DNA of 64,000 nt from Chthonomonadales bacterium (GTDB lineage Bacteria > Armatimonadota > Chthonomonadetes > Chthonomonadales > CAJBBX01). A program made the translations under genes and the position numbers. The DNA lies in the NCBI GenBank assembly GCA_049967475.1, contig JBMFSQ010000003.1, positions 1 through 64,000 on the forward strand, written 5' to 3'. Of the stretch, positions 1 through 11,032 are shown in pieces. Numbering within the stretch: the stretch's first letter is position 1; every line of letters starts with the position of its first letter. The notes under the pieces were generated by a model. It saw only the letters and a program-made list of their open reading frames with translations. It was not told where the DNA came from and did not search any database.

Positions 1-898
1 CGTGATCCAGTGTGGTCAGGACCGTGTCGTCCACCCGTTTCGTGAAGAACTCCAGGTCCGCCAGGCAGTGATCCAGTACGTAGGCGATGATGGATTTCAG
101 GAATTCCTCGGCAAGGTCCATATCGCCCTGGAGGTCGCAGAAGGCCATCTCAGGTTCTACCATCCAGAACTCGGCCAGGTGCCGGGGTGTGTTGGAGTTC
201 TCGGCCCGGAAGGTGGGTCCGAAGGTGTATACATTCGTAAACGCCAATGCGAAGATCTCGGCTTCGAGCTGCCCGCTTACGGTGAGGAATGCGGGCTTGC
301 CGAAAAAGTCCTCGCGGAAATCCACTTGTCCATCCGGGGTGCGGGGAAGATTCATGAGATCCAGAGTGGTGACGCCGAATTGGGCGCCTGCGCCCTCGCA
401 ATCGGACGTGGTAATGATGGGCGTATGCACATAAAGGAAGCCACGTTCGTGAAAGAACTGATGAATGGCGAAGGAGAGAGCATTGCGAACGCGAAACACC
501 GCACCGAAGGTGTTGGACCGCGTCCTCAGATGGGCGATATCGCGAAGAAACTCTAGGGTGTGGCCTTTTTTCTGAAGCGGGTACTCCTGAGGATCTGCGG
601 GACCCACTACTCGCAGCGCAGAAGCCTTCATTTCCACGTCTTGTCCGGGGGCCGGGGATGCCACGAGGATACCTTCCGCGAGGACGCACGCGCCTGTGGT
701 GGTTTGGCGAAGGGTCTCTTCGGGCACTACGCCGGCATCCACCACCACCTGGAGGTTGGCGAGGCAACTCCCGTCGTTGATCTGCACGAAATGCACCCCC
801 TTGCTGTCTCGACGGGTACGTACCCAGCCGTGTGCGCGCACTGGAGTTCCCACGGGCTTGCGAAGTATGTCTGCGATGTACTCACCAGGGCGGATCAT
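1..898 (-). CDS. asnS: Asparagine--tRNA ligase, 5' part (runs off the window start)
   Basis: Manual minus-strand translation from ATG at 898: [52 protein letters not shown], the AsnRS OB-fold signature. GGAGG upstream. Absent from the ORF track because there is no stop in the window. Confidence 0.93.
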   Translation of the reverse strand, partial: MIRPGEYIADILRKPVGTPVRAHGWVRTRRDSKGVHFVQINDGSCLANLQVVVDAGVVPEETLRQTTTGACVLAEGILVASPAPGQDVEMKASALRVVGPADPQEYPLQKKGHTLEFLRDIAHLRTRSNTFGAVFRVRNALSFAIHQFFHERGFLYVHTPIITTSDCEGAGAQFGVTTLDLMNLPRTPDGQVDFREDFFGKPAFLTVSGQLEAEIFALAFTNVYTFGPTFRAENSNTPRHLAEFWMVEPEMAFCDLQGDMDLAEEFLKSIIAYVLDHCLADLEFFTKRVDDTVLTTLDH

Positions 899-1010
899 TC
901 TGGAGAGACCTCCGGTGGCGTCTTGAAAAAAAGCAGTCTGTAGGTGCTCGTGAGGGAACCCGTGTTGCTGCATTCCCACGGTTCGGGGCGGCAGCGATCT
1001 GCGCACAACG

Positions 1011-3698
1011 TCACTTCACCACGATGTTCACCAGTTTCCCAGGCACCACGATCACGTTCCGGACGGGTTTGCCGCCGATAAAGGTTTGAGCCCGTGTGCT
1101 GCGGAGAGCCATCTCCCGCAACTCCTCGTTGGAAATGTGTGCAGGGACCAGGAGCCGATCACGCACTTTGCCGTTCACCTGAACCACCACAGTGATTTCA
1201 TCCTCGCAAGCGATGGCGTCGTTGAATTGCGGCCACGCAGCGCGGTATGTGAAGCCCTCCATGCCCATTCTTTCCCAAAGTTCGTCGGCAAGGTGTGGGG
1301 TGAAGGGCGCCAGCAGGAGGATGAGTGTCTCGAGCGCCTCTCCAAGAACGGCGGCATGGGAGCCGGAGGAGGAAGCGATTGGAACGTCAATGGGTTGATA
1401 CGTGTACAGGGTGTTTACGAGCTCCATGATGGCCGCAATGGCTGTATTGAAGCGAAACGCCTCGACGTCGGCAGTCACTGTGCGGATTGTCTGATGGATC
1501 TTCCTGCGGACAGAACGCGTCGCGTCGGGCAGGTCTTGTCCGTTCAGTTGAGCGCGCCAATTTCTGCTTGCCGCAGGCATCACCGCAACGCACCACCGCC
1601 ACACACGGCTGAGGAAGCGGTAGGCGCCGCGGATGCCTTCCTCGCTCCACTGGACGTTTTCTTCGAAGGGAGCTACGAACATTTCGTAGATGCGGAGGCT
1701 GTCGGCACCGTATCGGTTGCAGACGTCGTCGGGAGTGACCACGTTTCCTTTGGACTTCGACATGCGCGCCCAGCGCCATACAATTTGGTCTTGCGGGTAG
1801 CTGCTTCGCTCCTCCGGTTTTAGGACGATCCAGTCCACAATCGCCTCATCGCCCTCTTCACCCGAAGTGCTCTCACCGGCGCGAGGGCGGCGTCCAGGCG
1901 TCCAGGCGAGCATGGAGCCCTGGTTTCTTAGGGTAAGAAATGGTTCGTCGAAGCCTACGTATCCGGCGTCGAAGAGCACCTTGGTGAAGAAGCGCGCGTA
2001 GAGCAGATGAGACCGGGCGTGTTCGACGCCGCCGGTGTACAGGTCCACGGGAAGCCAATAATCGAGCTTCTCCCGATCCGCGAAGGCCTTATCGTTATGA
2101 GGATCTGCGAAGCGAAGGAAGTACCAAGAGGAACATGCGTAGCCGCCCATGGTGTCCGTTTCACGCCGGGCCTCTCCGCCGCAATTGGGGCATCGGGCTT
2201 CCACGAACTCGGGGATGTTAGCCAAGGGGGATTCCCCCGTCCCCGTAGGCTGGTAGCTTTCTACATCGGGAAGCAATACCGGGAGCTGTTCTTCGGGCAC
2301 GGGCACCGTTCCGCAGTTACCGCAATGCACCATCGGGATGGGGGCCCCCCAGTAGCGTTGCCGGCTGATGAGCCAATCCCGAAGGCGATAGGTAACGGTA
2401 CCCTTTCCAATGCCGTTTTCTTCGAGCCATCGGATCACGCGGCGCACAGTGTCTTGGTTGTTCGGCAGGCCGGCAAAAGGTGAGGCAGGCGCTTGACTGC
2501 CGGGAGGCGGTACGAACGCGCGCATCACTCCGCCTTCCGGGAGAGCGCGGTCCATCTGCTCACCGGTTGTGGGACCGCCGTCCATTTGGTATACAAGCTC
2601 CACGGGGAGGCCGTATTTCCGGGCAAATTCGAAATCGCGCTGGTCGTGGGCGGGAACGGCCATGATGGCCCCGGTGCCGTAACCCATCAGCACATAGTCT
2701 GCGATCCAGATGGGTATCCGGGCGCCGGTGACGGGGTTGAGGGCATAGGATCCGGTGAAAACGCCGGTTTTGGCGCGCTCGGCCGACATTCGTTCGATCT
2801 CGGTGGCTGCCTGGGAGCGGCGTATGTAGGCATCCACGCCAGGCTTCTGGGCGGTTGTGGTGAGGGCGGATACCAGGGGATGTTCTGGAGCCAACACCAT
2901 GAAGGTCGCTCCCCAGAGCGTGTCCGGCCGGGTAGTGAAGACCGAAAGAGAGGTCGCCGAGCCATCGGGGAGCGGCGACATGAGCCGAAACGTTATCTCG
3001 GCCCCTTCGCTGCGGCCGATCCAGTCTCTTTGCATCTCTTTGAGGCCGGAAGGCCAATCAACCTTGTCCAGGTCGTTCAGAAGGCGGTCGGCATAGGCTG
3101 TGATGCGGAAATACCATTGGGGCAGGGAACGCTTCTCCACCTGCGTGTCGCACCGCCAGCAGCGGCCCTCCTTCACTTCTTCGTTGGCCAAGCCGGTCTT
3201 GCACGAGGGGCACCAATTGATGAGCCCGTGGGCCCGGTAGGCCAAACCTCGGTGGTAGAGCAGCAGGAACATCCACTGTGTCCAGCGGTAGTAAGCCGGA
3301 GAACTGGAGTTGATCTCCCTGCTCCAATCGTAGGCGCATCCTACGCGTATGAGGGTGCGGCGGTAATTGGCCGCGTATTCCGGAACCATCTCACGCGGGT
3401 TGCGGCCGCGCCGAATGGCTTCGTTTTCGGCGGGCTGGCCGAAGGCGTCCCAACCCATGGGATGCAGAACGTTGAAGCCCCGCATGGCCTTGTAGCGACA
3501 AAAGGCATCGGTGGGTGCGTAATTCTTGATGTGGCCCACCGAGAGCCCAGCGCCGGACGGGTAGGGGAACATCTCCAGCCCATAGAACTTGGGCTTGGCG
3601 GATGCATCCTCGGCTCTGAAGAGCCCTGCAGCCTCCCATCGCTGCTGCCATTTAGCTTCGATGGCTCGGAATTCGAAACGGTCGTCGGTTTGGGTCAT
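1011..3698 (-). CDS. leuS: Leucine--tRNA ligase
   Basis: MFPYPSG.GLSVGH (HIGH region), FTTRPDT editing domain, [20 protein letters not shown]-terminal VPGKLVNIV. Start placed at MTQTDD (3698), behind GAGGAGG and a sigma70 promoter. Confidence 0.97.
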   Translation of the reverse strand: MTQTDDRFEFRAIEAKWQQRWEAAGLFRAEDASAKPKFYGLEMFPYPSGAGLSVGHIKNYAPTDAFCRYKAMRGFNVLHPMGWDAFGQPAENEAIRRGRNPREMVPEYAANYRRTLIRVGCAYDWSREINSSSPAYYRWTQWMFLLLYHRGLAYRAHGLINWCPSCKTGLANEEVKEGRCWRCDTQVEKRSLPQWYFRITAYADRLLNDLDKVDWPSGLKEMQRDWIGRSEGAEITFRLMSPLPDGSATSLSVFTTRPDTLWGATFMVLAPEHPLVSALTTTAQKPGVDAYIRRSQAATEIERMSAERAKTGVFTGSYALNPVTGARIPIWIADYVLMGYGTGAIMAVPAHDQRDFEFARKYGLPVELVYQMDGGPTTGEQMDRALPEGGVMRAFVPPPGSQAPASPFAGLPNNQDTVRRVIRWLEENGIGKGTVTYRLRDWLISRQRYWGAPIPMVHCGNCGTVPVPEEQLPVLLPDVESYQPTGTGESPLANIPEFVEARCPNCGGEARRETDTMGGYACSSWYFLRFADPHNDKAFADREKLDYWLPVDLYTGGVEHARSHLLYARFFTKVLFDAGYVGFDEPFLTLRNQGSMLAWTPGRRPRAGESTSGEEGDEAIVDWIVLKPEERSSYPQDQIVWRWARMSKSKGNVVTPDDVCNRYGADSLRIYEMFVAPFEENVQWSEEGIRGAYRFLSRVWRWCVAVMPAASRNWRAQLNGQDLPDATRSVRRKIHQTIRTVTADVEAFRFNTAIAAIMELVNTLYTYQPIDVPIASSSGSHAAVLGEALETLILLLAPFTPHLADELWERMGMEGFTYRAAWPQFNDAIACEDEITVVVQVNGKVRDRLLVPAHISNEELREMALRSTRAQTFIGGKPVRNVIVVPGKLVNIVVK

Positions 3699-3740
3699 GG
3701 GCCTCCTCGGGTGTGCTCGGCAGCGGAATGGGACGGGAGT

Positions 3741-3770
3741 ATTATAGAACCCAGCAAGCGATTGCGTCAA
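3741..3770 (-). promoter_or_regulatory. sigma70-type promoter of leuS
   Basis: Minus strand TTGACG-N18-TATAAT. Confidence 0.7.
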
Positions 3771-3847
3771 ACCGCATCCGGCATTCGGCACCCACAGACC
3801 TGCGATGGATGCCGCACGATCCGGATGGACGCATGAGGAGGTGCAGC

Positions 3848-4228
3848 ATGGATGTGGTGAACCGTGATGACGTAGAAGCATTCGTCACCAAGGACACTTC
3901 GGTGATCCGCGAGATCCTTTCGTACCGCAATTCTGCAATCCGGAGGCAGAGCCTGGCCGAGGCCATTGTGCCCCCTGGAGGGTCTACCCATCCCCACTAC
4001 CACAAGGCCGCCGAAGAGATCTATTACATCTTGGCGGGGCAAGGGCGCATGCGTGTAGGCTCCGAAGCGGCGGATGTGCAAGCAGGCGACGGCATCGCCA
4101 TCCCGCCAGGGTCCGTGCACCAGATTACCAATACGGGTCGCGAGGATTTGGTTTTTCTGTGCTGTTGCGCACCTGCCTATGAGCATGCCGACACCGAGCT
4201 GGTGGAAGCCATTCCCGAGCCGCGCTGA
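3848..4228 (+). CDS. Cupin domain protein
   Basis: Metal-binding cupin motifs HPHYH..AEEIYYIL and IPPGSVH. GAGGAGG precedes ATG 3848. Confidence 0.9.
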   Translation: MDVVNRDDVEAFVTKDTSVIREILSYRNSAIRRQSLAEAIVPPGGSTHPHYHKAAEEIYYILAGQGRMRVGSEAADVQAGDGIAIPPGSVHQITNTGREDLVFLCCCAPAYEHADTELVEAIPEPR

Positions 4229-4309
4229 TGCCTGTGCCCGAACCTGGTGGTTCCGAAGCCCTAGAGAAGTGAAAAGGTACGAGTTCATGGAAATGGAGGT
4301 TCCCTAGGA

Positions 4310-6364
4310 TTGGAGAAGCGAACCAGCGGCGGCGCCGCCCACATCCCAAACAGCGCTTCACGGTCCCCAGCGGGCGTACGGGAGAGAGGGTCTGGCGAGG
4401 CCCCACAAGGCGGTGACGGAAGAGGCATTCCCTTCAATCGGAGATCGAGCTGGCTCACGGTCCGCGGAATACTGATCAGCCTGCTGCTGGCCCCCGTGTG
4501 TTGCTATTGGGCTCAAGACCAGGGTGTGGATCGCATCTTCTCGCTGATGGTGCCGCCTGTAGTGCTTACGCTGGTGATGGTTGCGGCGAACATCCCGCTG
4601 AGGCTGTACCTGCCCCGGTTCGCGTTAACGGAGGGCGAACTCGTACTCATCTACGCCATGGAGAGCGTGATGTGCGCCATGGCCTCCGAGTGGATGGACG
4701 TCATCAATCCGTACATCTACAGCTACGCCCTCTTCGCCAACGCCAATCCCGCCTACAAGACGCATGTGCTCGCCTTCGTGAGCCACTGGCTGTTCTTCGA
4801 CTTGAATGATGCTGCGAAATTGAAAGACTTTGCCGCCGGCGGGAAGCCATTCTGGTACTTCTGGGGTCATTTGGGCATTTGGTGGCCCAAAATCTTGGCC
4901 TGGACCCTGATTGCCGGCCTGGTCTGTATGGCGATGCTCTGCATCAACTCACTCATGCGAGACGAGTGGACAAACCGCGAGAAATTGGCGTTCCCCATCA
5001 TTCAGCTCCCCATCGCCATAACTCAGGGCGGGGGATCGTCGCCGTTTTGGCGCAACCGTACTATGTGGATTGCCTTCGCAGTAATGTTTACCATTGATAA
5101 CATCAACGGTCTGCATTACCTATATCCCTCTGTGCCGCTGATTAATGTGCGGTTTCTGGGTGACATGCAACAATGGTTTTCATCCCCGCCTTGGAACCAG
5201 GTCGGGTGGACGCCCATCGGCCTGTTCCCCTATATGGCCGCAATCGGCGTCTTTATGCCCACGGACCTGCTCTTTTCATGCGTGTTTTTCTTCTTCGTGC
5301 GCAAGGGGCAACAAGTGGTGGCTGCGGCTATGGGATATGAGCAAGGGGTGTTTGGGGGAGGCGGCTTGGTGCCGAGTGCGCCCTATTTCAGCGAACAGTC
5401 GTGGGGCGCATTCTTGGGGCTCTTCGTGATGGCGATCTGGGTGGCCCGAGGCTATCTCCGAGAGGTTTGGCAGAAGATCGTGCGCGGTGAACGGGATGCC
5501 CGAAGCGTCGTTCCGCACCGGTGGTCCTTCCTTGGATTGGTGGGGAGCCTTACGGGATTGGGAGCGGTAGGTGTCGGCATCGGCTTACCCTTCTTGTACG
5601 TAATCGGCTACACGTGCCTTTTCTTGGCGTTCAGTGTCGCCGTTACGCGGCTTAGAGCGCAGCTCGGCCCACCCACCCATGAGATGGCCTTCATGGGGCC
5701 CAATCAGCTTCTGGTGGATTTCCGAGGCACGCAGGGTGTCAGCGAGGCACTCGTGGCTCGAACGGTGACGACATTCCATTTCATGAACCGCATCCACCGA
5801 ACGCATCCGATGCCCACACAACTGGAGGCCATCAAAATGGGCGAGCAATCGCAACTGAGCCGGCGCAGCATGTTCCTCGCCATTCTGCTGGCCACGGTGG
5901 CGGGCTCGATCCTCGGGCACCTGGTTCGGATCTATCTTGGCTACCGGTGGACGCCGGGCGACGCCGCGGGCGACACCACGAACGTCATCCAGACCTTGGT
6001 GGACACGCGCCGCCCGCCGAACCCGGCTGCTATGGCTATGGTAGGCTTCGGCTTTCTCTTTGTTCTCGCACTGGATGCGCTGCGCTTCCGCTTTCCTGGT
6101 TTTCCCTTTCATCCCGCGGGATATGCGCTCGGGATGAACTTCGGCGTGGATTACTATTGGTTTGGATTGCTCATTGTGCTGATCGTGAAGAGCTTCGTGC
6201 AGCGCTACTATGGATTGAAGGGTTACGAAAGGTTGAGGATGGTGGCCTTTGGCGTGATCCTAGGAGAGTTCCTGGCTGAAGGCATCTGGGGCGGATACGC
6301 CCTAATCTACCGCGTGGCCACATACAGCATTTCGATCAACGGACGTCTAGGATGGAACCAGTGA
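4310..6364 (+). CDS. Large polytopic membrane protein (DUF6785/DUF6784-like, putative transporter)
   Basis: 684 aa with many hydrophobic helices. Motifs EW...EKLAFPI.QLP, RLRAQLG, FPFHPAGY. GGAGG precedes TTG start. Confidence 0.7.
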   Translation: MEKRTSGGAAHIPNSASRSPAGVRERGSGEAPQGGDGRGIPFNRRSSWLTVRGILISLLLAPVCCYWAQDQGVDRIFSLMVPPVVLTLVMVAANIPLRLYLPRFALTEGELVLIYAMESVMCAMASEWMDVINPYIYSYALFANANPAYKTHVLAFVSHWLFFDLNDAAKLKDFAAGGKPFWYFWGHLGIWWPKILAWTLIAGLVCMAMLCINSLMRDEWTNREKLAFPIIQLPIAITQGGGSSPFWRNRTMWIAFAVMFTIDNINGLHYLYPSVPLINVRFLGDMQQWFSSPPWNQVGWTPIGLFPYMAAIGVFMPTDLLFSCVFFFFVRKGQQVVAAAMGYEQGVFGGGGLVPSAPYFSEQSWGAFLGLFVMAIWVARGYLREVWQKIVRGERDARSVVPHRWSFLGLVGSLTGLGAVGVGIGLPFLYVIGYTCLFLAFSVAVTRLRAQLGPPTHEMAFMGPNQLLVDFRGTQGVSEALVARTVTTFHFMNRIHRTHPMPTQLEAIKMGEQSQLSRRSMFLAILLATVAGSILGHLVRIYLGYRWTPGDAAGDTTNVIQTLVDTRRPPNPAAMAMVGFGFLFVLALDALRFRFPGFPFHPAGYALGMNFGVDYYWFGLLIVLIVKSFVQRYYGLKGYERLRMVAFGVILGEFLAEGIWGGYALIYRVATYSISINGRLGWNQ

Positions 6365-6381
6365 CCCCGCCCTCGCCTGGG

Positions 6382-7083
6382 TCACGGGCTGCCCTGGATC
6401 GCGGGGCCCTGGATGCGGACGAAGGGCTTGATGCGCGCGAACTTTTTGGGGCCAATGCCCGACACTTCCGTCAATTGCTCGGGGTCGTTAAAGGGGCCCA
6501 CCTCTTTGCGGTATTGCACGATGCGCGCAGCCATGGCGGGGCCCACCCCCGGGAGGCGTTGGAGTTGGTCCGCCGAGGCGGTATTGACGTTGAGGCTCTG
6601 CTTCCCTGGAATAGTGAACTTGGCCGCCCGACTTGACGCGCGACTGCGGATGCGGGTTCCCGGCACGGCAACTGCGTTGGGGGTGGACGCTTCACCTGCT
6701 ACCGGCACGTAGATGCGGCTGCCATCCTGAACCGGGGCAGCAAGGTTCAGCATATTGACATCCGCATTGCCTTTCGCGCCGCCGGCTGCGGCGATGGCGT
6801 CTTGCACCCGGGCAGTGGGCGGAAGATGGTACACGCCTGGCGCAGCCACGGCTCCGGCTACGTGTACGACGATGGGCTGGAGTTCAGCCGGAGGAGGCGC
6901 GGGCGGCGTTGGCTGCGCCTTCGCTTGGATCTTATTGGCCGTGGCAGGATGCGGGGGTGCGGTGATATCCAAATCCGCTTCTACGGCGTGGCCCCGGCGG
7001 TAGAACATGACGGCCAGAGACACAACCAGCGCTGCCAAAAGTACGAAGAGTGCCCGAACCTTAGCGGGCGTCCATTCGCTCAT
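6382..7083 (-). CDS. comEA: ComEA-family DNA-binding/uptake protein
   Basis: N-terminal TM, SLBB domain (VVHVAGAVAAPGVY), HhH (VNTASADQLQRLPGVGPAMA, VSGIGPKKF). Start approximate. Confidence 0.9.
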   Translation of the reverse strand: MSEWTPAKVRALFVLLAALVVSLAVMFYRRGHAVEADLDITAPPHPATANKIQAKAQPTPPAPPPAELQPIVVHVAGAVAAPGVYHLPPTARVQDAIAAAGGAKGNADVNMLNLAAPVQDGSRIYVPVAGEASTPNAVAVPGTRIRSRASSRAAKFTIPGKQSLNVNTASADQLQRLPGVGPAMAARIVQYRKEVGPFNDPEQLTEVSGIGPKKFARIKPFVRIQGPAIQGSP

Positions 7084-8236
7084 GGTTACGTGTCGAGATG
7101 GGGGCTGTCGGCTGTGATGCTGAGGTTTTGCTTCGGCGCCGGCCCATCGTTTCCCTTCCTGGAGCCGCATGCGGAGACTCCCGCTGGGGGGCCCTCTCGA
7201 GCGTCAGAAGCACGCAGATATGCCCCAAAGCATCGGGGTAGCAGCCGGCCGGCACATGAGCTGCCAGTGCCGTCAGGCGGGACTGTATCTGGTTGAGCAA
7301 CTCGGGCGTCCCGTACGTGCCCGCGGCATAACCCCACCAGATGAGGCGCGAAGCTTCCTCCGCGGTGGTGCCCCGGATGGGGATGGCGCTGCCGTATTGA
7401 CGGTACAGGCGTTGAAACAGCTCTGAAGTGCGCTGTGAGCGGGGCAGCCATGCCGCCGCCATGAGGTTCGCCATGACGGACGGATACCACTCTGATCCTG
7501 CGCGAAGCCTCGCTCCATCGGTTTGGAGGCCCACAAGGAAGGTGGCGCTGGATGGGTCCCATAGTTGCGAAGCAATCCCGTCTTCCATTGCCTGGGCCAT
7601 GCGAAGGGCTTGGCGCTGTAGCGGAAGCCATCCTGCTGCCTGAGCGATGGTCGCAGCAGATCGGAGGCCGATGGCCGTTTCCACGTTGTCCATGGTGTAC
7701 ATCACCGGCCAGTCCGGCTTGGCTGTGGTAAGGCCGCGCGGCTGAAGCGTCAGGCGGATGGCGCTTACCGCTTTTTCCACGAAGGGCTTGCGCGCCTCGA
7801 GCCACTGCCGGTCTTGATGCGCGCGAAAGATGCGGTTCAACAGCGTTAGGTATGTAGCAGCATAGGCATCGGTCGAGTCGCGCTTGCCTGTAGACTGCCA
7901 CAGCCCTGGGGGGCCGGCCCAGTCATCAGTTGTGCCATCAGCGTTGAGGTGCTTTTCATACCAGCGGGCCCACTTCAGCGCGCCTTGCAGGAGGACCGTC
8001 CGTTTGGTAGCGGTGTACGCAGCAATCAAACCCATGGCGGCGTAGTTACCAACATACGGAACCACGCGGGTGTTCCGGGCGGGTTCCACGGGATCCATGG
8101 CAATGGCTCCATCCGGGGACTGGAACTGGAGAATGCGCATGGCAACCGCTTCCGCCGCCGAAGCGGGCGAAAGGGAAGGCTGCTGAGCCCCCGAACTACA
8201 GGCTAAGAGAACGAGGCCGGCGGCTAGGCTGGGCAT
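7061..8236 (-). CDS. Secreted hypothetical protein, possibly six-hairpin glycosidase-like fold
   Basis: Signal/lipoprotein-like N-terminus (LVLLAC), DSTDAYAA and YTMDNVE motifs, helical repeats. Fold is a guess. Confidence 0.6.
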   Translation of the reverse strand: MPSLAAGLVLLACSSGAQQPSLSPASAAEAVAMRILQFQSPDGAIAMDPVEPARNTRVVPYVGNYAAMGLIAAYTATKRTVLLQGALKWARWYEKHLNADGTTDDWAGPPGLWQSTGKRDSTDAYAATYLTLLNRIFRAHQDRQWLEARKPFVEKAVSAIRLTLQPRGLTTAKPDWPVMYTMDNVETAIGLRSAATIAQAAGWLPLQRQALRMAQAMEDGIASQLWDPSSATFLVGLQTDGARLRAGSEWYPSVMANLMAAAWLPRSQRTSELFQRLYRQYGSAIPIRGTTAEEASRLIWWGYAAGTYGTPELLNQIQSRLTALAAHVPAGCYPDALGHICVLLTLERAPQRESPHAAPGRETMGRRRSKTSASQPTAPISTRNHERMDAR

Positions 8237-8268
8237 TGTCCGCTATCCACCAGGATCCAAGGTCTGTT

Positions 8269-9729
8269 CTACGGTGATGGGGCTGCAGATGATCGCCGGG
8301 GCAGCAAGCTGTCACGCTGGGCCGTATTGTAGGCGCAGATGGCCATCACCTCGGCGCCTTGTTTGAGATCGTCGGGAAGGGCTTTGTCGAACGTGTCGGA
8401 TTGGGAGTGATGCATCCAATTGTAATCTGCGGAATCCTGCATGAACCAGAATGCCGGTACGCCTTCGGAGTAGAAGGACGCGTGATCGGTTCCGCCCATC
8501 AGGAACGTGCTGTAGCGCGTGACGCCCAGATCTTTGAGGATGGGCATCTCGTTTTCGAAGACGCTCTGATCTTGGGGATTGCCGTGAAGCCCGATGCCCG
8601 TAACCTTGCCGGTGCCTGTGTCGTGGACGAACACGGCGGAGAATTTGGGCATTTCGGCCTTGTGCGCTTTGACATACTCCTGGGAGCCTACCAGCCCCTG
8701 TTCTTCGCCGCTGAACAGCACGAAGCGGATGGTGCGCCTGGGCTGGAGGCCGCAGCTTTTGATGAGGCGGGCTGCCTCCAGTACCACCATGGAGCCGGTC
8801 CCGTTATCTACGGCTCCCTGTGCGAGATCCCAGGAGTCCAGGTGGGCCCCGCAAAGTACGATTTCATCGCGCTTGTCGGTTCCCGGTATCTCCCCCACGG
8901 TGTTGTAGACGGTGATGGGGCCGCGCAGGAAGCGGCTTCGAACGTTGAGGCGTACAGTCACAGGGGTTCCTGATGCGAGGAGGCGCGCGAGCAATGCGTA
9001 GTGTTCATGGGCCACGAAAAGCCTCGGGAACCGGGCCGGGGTCCCGGCCGCGGTCCGCCACGACCCAGTCATATTGAGGAGCATCTGGGGTTTGCCGGCA
9101 TCCAGCAGGGCTGCGGCGACGCCCTCTTTCTGCAGGAAGGCGGCGACGCGGGCCATCTGCTGACGCCGTGCGGGCGGCTGGTCCGCCTCGTCCGTACCGG
9201 TCGGCCGCCGATATCCCGGTTCCATTCGGGACGGATGTTCTTCCACGTTGGCGGGTTTGGCCATCATGACGATTGCGTTGTGCAGCTTTCCCGCGTAGCG
9301 CTCCAGGTCGCTGCCATCGGGTTTGATGTCCAGCATGACAACGGGCCGGGTGGCGGCGCCTTTGGTGCCGGGTGTCCACGCCATGGCTGCCGCACTGATG
9401 GGGAAGCGGATCGGTTGTACGATTTCAGCCTCCACGCTTCCGCGCTCCCACCCCTCCGGGATCGTGTACGCCTCTTGGTGTACGTTTTGCAGGCCATACT
9501 CTTTCATCTTTTGAGCTGCCCATTCATTTGCCTGGCGCAGACCTTTGGAGCCCGTGAGGCGGGGGCCGATGCGATCACATAAGTACTCCAGATTGGCCAT
9601 GAGGTGGGAATTCTGCTGCTCGTAGGAAATGATGGCGCGGTCCGCATCCAAAGCGGCAGGTGGCTGGCTGAAGGCTGGGCGGGCGGCGAGCACCAACATG
9701 AGCGAAGCAAGCCGGATGTTGACGCGCAA
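8269..9729 (-). CDS. M28-family metallopeptidase (carboxypeptidase Q-like), secreted
   Basis: IGPRLTGS, GAHLDSWD, GAVDNGTG, GEEQGL.GS, TDH, HHSQSDTFDK. Signal peptide. AAGGAG RBS. Confidence 0.92.
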   Translation of the reverse strand: MRVNIRLASLMLVLAARPAFSQPPAALDADRAIISYEQQNSHLMANLEYLCDRIGPRLTGSKGLRQANEWAAQKMKEYGLQNVHQEAYTIPEGWERGSVEAEIVQPIRFPISAAAMAWTPGTKGAATRPVVMLDIKPDGSDLERYAGKLHNAIVMMAKPANVEEHPSRMEPGYRRPTGTDEADQPPARRQQMARVAAFLQKEGVAAALLDAGKPQMLLNMTGSWRTAAGTPARFPRLFVAHEHYALLARLLASGTPVTVRLNVRSRFLRGPITVYNTVGEIPGTDKRDEIVLCGAHLDSWDLAQGAVDNGTGSMVVLEAARLIKSCGLQPRRTIRFVLFSGEEQGLVGSQEYVKAHKAEMPKFSAVFVHDTGTGKVTGIGLHGNPQDQSVFENEMPILKDLGVTRYSTFLMGGTDHASFYSEGVPAFWFMQDSADYNWMHHSQSDTFDKALPDDLKQGAEVMAICAYNTAQRDSLLPRRSSAAPSP

Positions 9730-10098
9730 TTGGGATGGCTCCTTTCCTTTGGTTTTCGTGGCAACGGGCTGGGCAAAAGGTTATCAATTCATTTCTTCAG
9801 GTGTGTGGCGCTTCCCTCCTGGACTACTGGTCCGCGTGCATCTGGGGGAGATCGTCTGCTTCAGCATGTGTGGCGGCCAGATTGCACGGTCGCGGCGGGA
9901 AGGCACCGATGGCGGGATCGCCGCGAACCGGCGCAGTCTCCGGTGCATGAGTGGCTCCGCCGGATCCCCAAGCAAAACGGAGGTTTGTCATTCCGAATGC
10001 GGCACTGCCAGAAGCGCACACCGGGCACGGGGCGACGGACCCCTATGTCACAGCGGTGTGAGACCGCCCCTGCTTGGGCGGTGCCGCCGGCCGCCGCG

Positions 10099-10959
10099 TT
10101 AGGTTGCTTCTCGCGGCCCATTGAGCAGCAGGTTGTCTATCAGGCGCGTGGTGCCGATGCGGGCTGCGATAAGGAGCACTGCCGGTTCCACGGCCTCTTC
10201 CAGCGGTTCCAGTGTTTCCGAATGCGCTACGGCAGCGTAGTCAAGCTGGACGAGCGGTTGGTTTTCTACAGCCGACCGCATGGCAGCCTCGAGGGTCGCG
10301 GCGGAACGTTCGCCGGCCAGGTACAGCGCTTCGGCTGCCTTCAGAGCGCGGTAGAGAACCGGAGCCGCTGCGCGCTCTTCCTGGGTAAGGTAGGCGTTGC
10401 GGGAGGAAAGGGCCAAACCGTCCGGATCGCGCACTGTTTCCACGGGGACCACTTCCAGGGGAAATGCCAGATCCTTAACCATACGCTCGATCAGCTTGAG
10501 CTGCTGGTAATCCTTGCGTCCGAAGAACGCGTAATGCGGCTGGACGAGGTTGAACAGCCGGGCGCATACCGTGGCAACGCCTCGAAAGTGGCCGGGCCGG
10601 CTGGCTCCTTCCCAACGGGATGCGATATCGGGGACATCTACCACGGTTTGCCAGCCGGGCGGATACATTTCGGCAACCTCGGGCATGAAGAGAGCGTCAA
10701 CCGGGATCTCCTGGGCAAGCCGCGAGTCCCGGTCGGGATCTCTCGGATAGCGCTCATAGTCCTCGCCGGGTGCGAACTGCGTAGGGTTGACGAAGAGGGA
10801 CACGACGACTACGTCACATTCTGAGCGCGCACGGCGCATGAGCGTCAGGTGCCCCTCGTGGAAGGCGCCCATCGTGGGCACAAATCCGATGACCTTCCCG
10901 TCGTACCGGGCGGCGCGAATATAAGCGCGAAGTTCGGCGACTGTCTTCAAGGTCCTCAT
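10099..10959 (-). CDS. panC: Pantoate--beta-alanine ligase
   Basis: GFVPTMGAFHEGH, FVNPTQF, RPGHFRGV, FGRKDYQQ, GLALSSRN, RLIDN. Confidence 0.97.
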   Translation of the reverse strand: MRTLKTVAELRAYIRAARYDGKVIGFVPTMGAFHEGHLTLMRRARSECDVVVVSLFVNPTQFAPGEDYERYPRDPDRDSRLAQEIPVDALFMPEVAEMYPPGWQTVVDVPDIASRWEGASRPGHFRGVATVCARLFNLVQPHYAFFGRKDYQQLKLIERMVKDLAFPLEVVPVETVRDPDGLALSSRNAYLTQEERAAAPVLYRALKAAEALYLAGERSAATLEAAMRSAVENQPLVQLDYAAVAHSETLEPLEEAVEPAVLLIAARIGTTRLIDNLLLNGPREAT

Positions 10960-11032
10960 GAAGCGTATCCACACCGAATGAATTGAGGTTTTGAGGTTGA
11001 GTTTTGCGCGGCGACGGTTCCCGCACGCCAAA

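Noticed and set aside
2..943. Plus-strand ORFs 2..556 and 560..943
   Set aside because: Antisense shadows of asnS, which is on the minus strand.
899..1010. Possible T-box/attenuator between leuS and asnS (T7 run on the minus strand)
   Set aside because: Only ~110 nt, no T-box consensus (GGTGG.ACCGCG), and only a weak stem.
9730..10098. 370-nt gap between panC and the M28 peptidase, checked for a riboswitch or small ORF
   Set aside because: No riboswitch consensus I recognise. The short ORFs lack an RBS and any recognisable motif.
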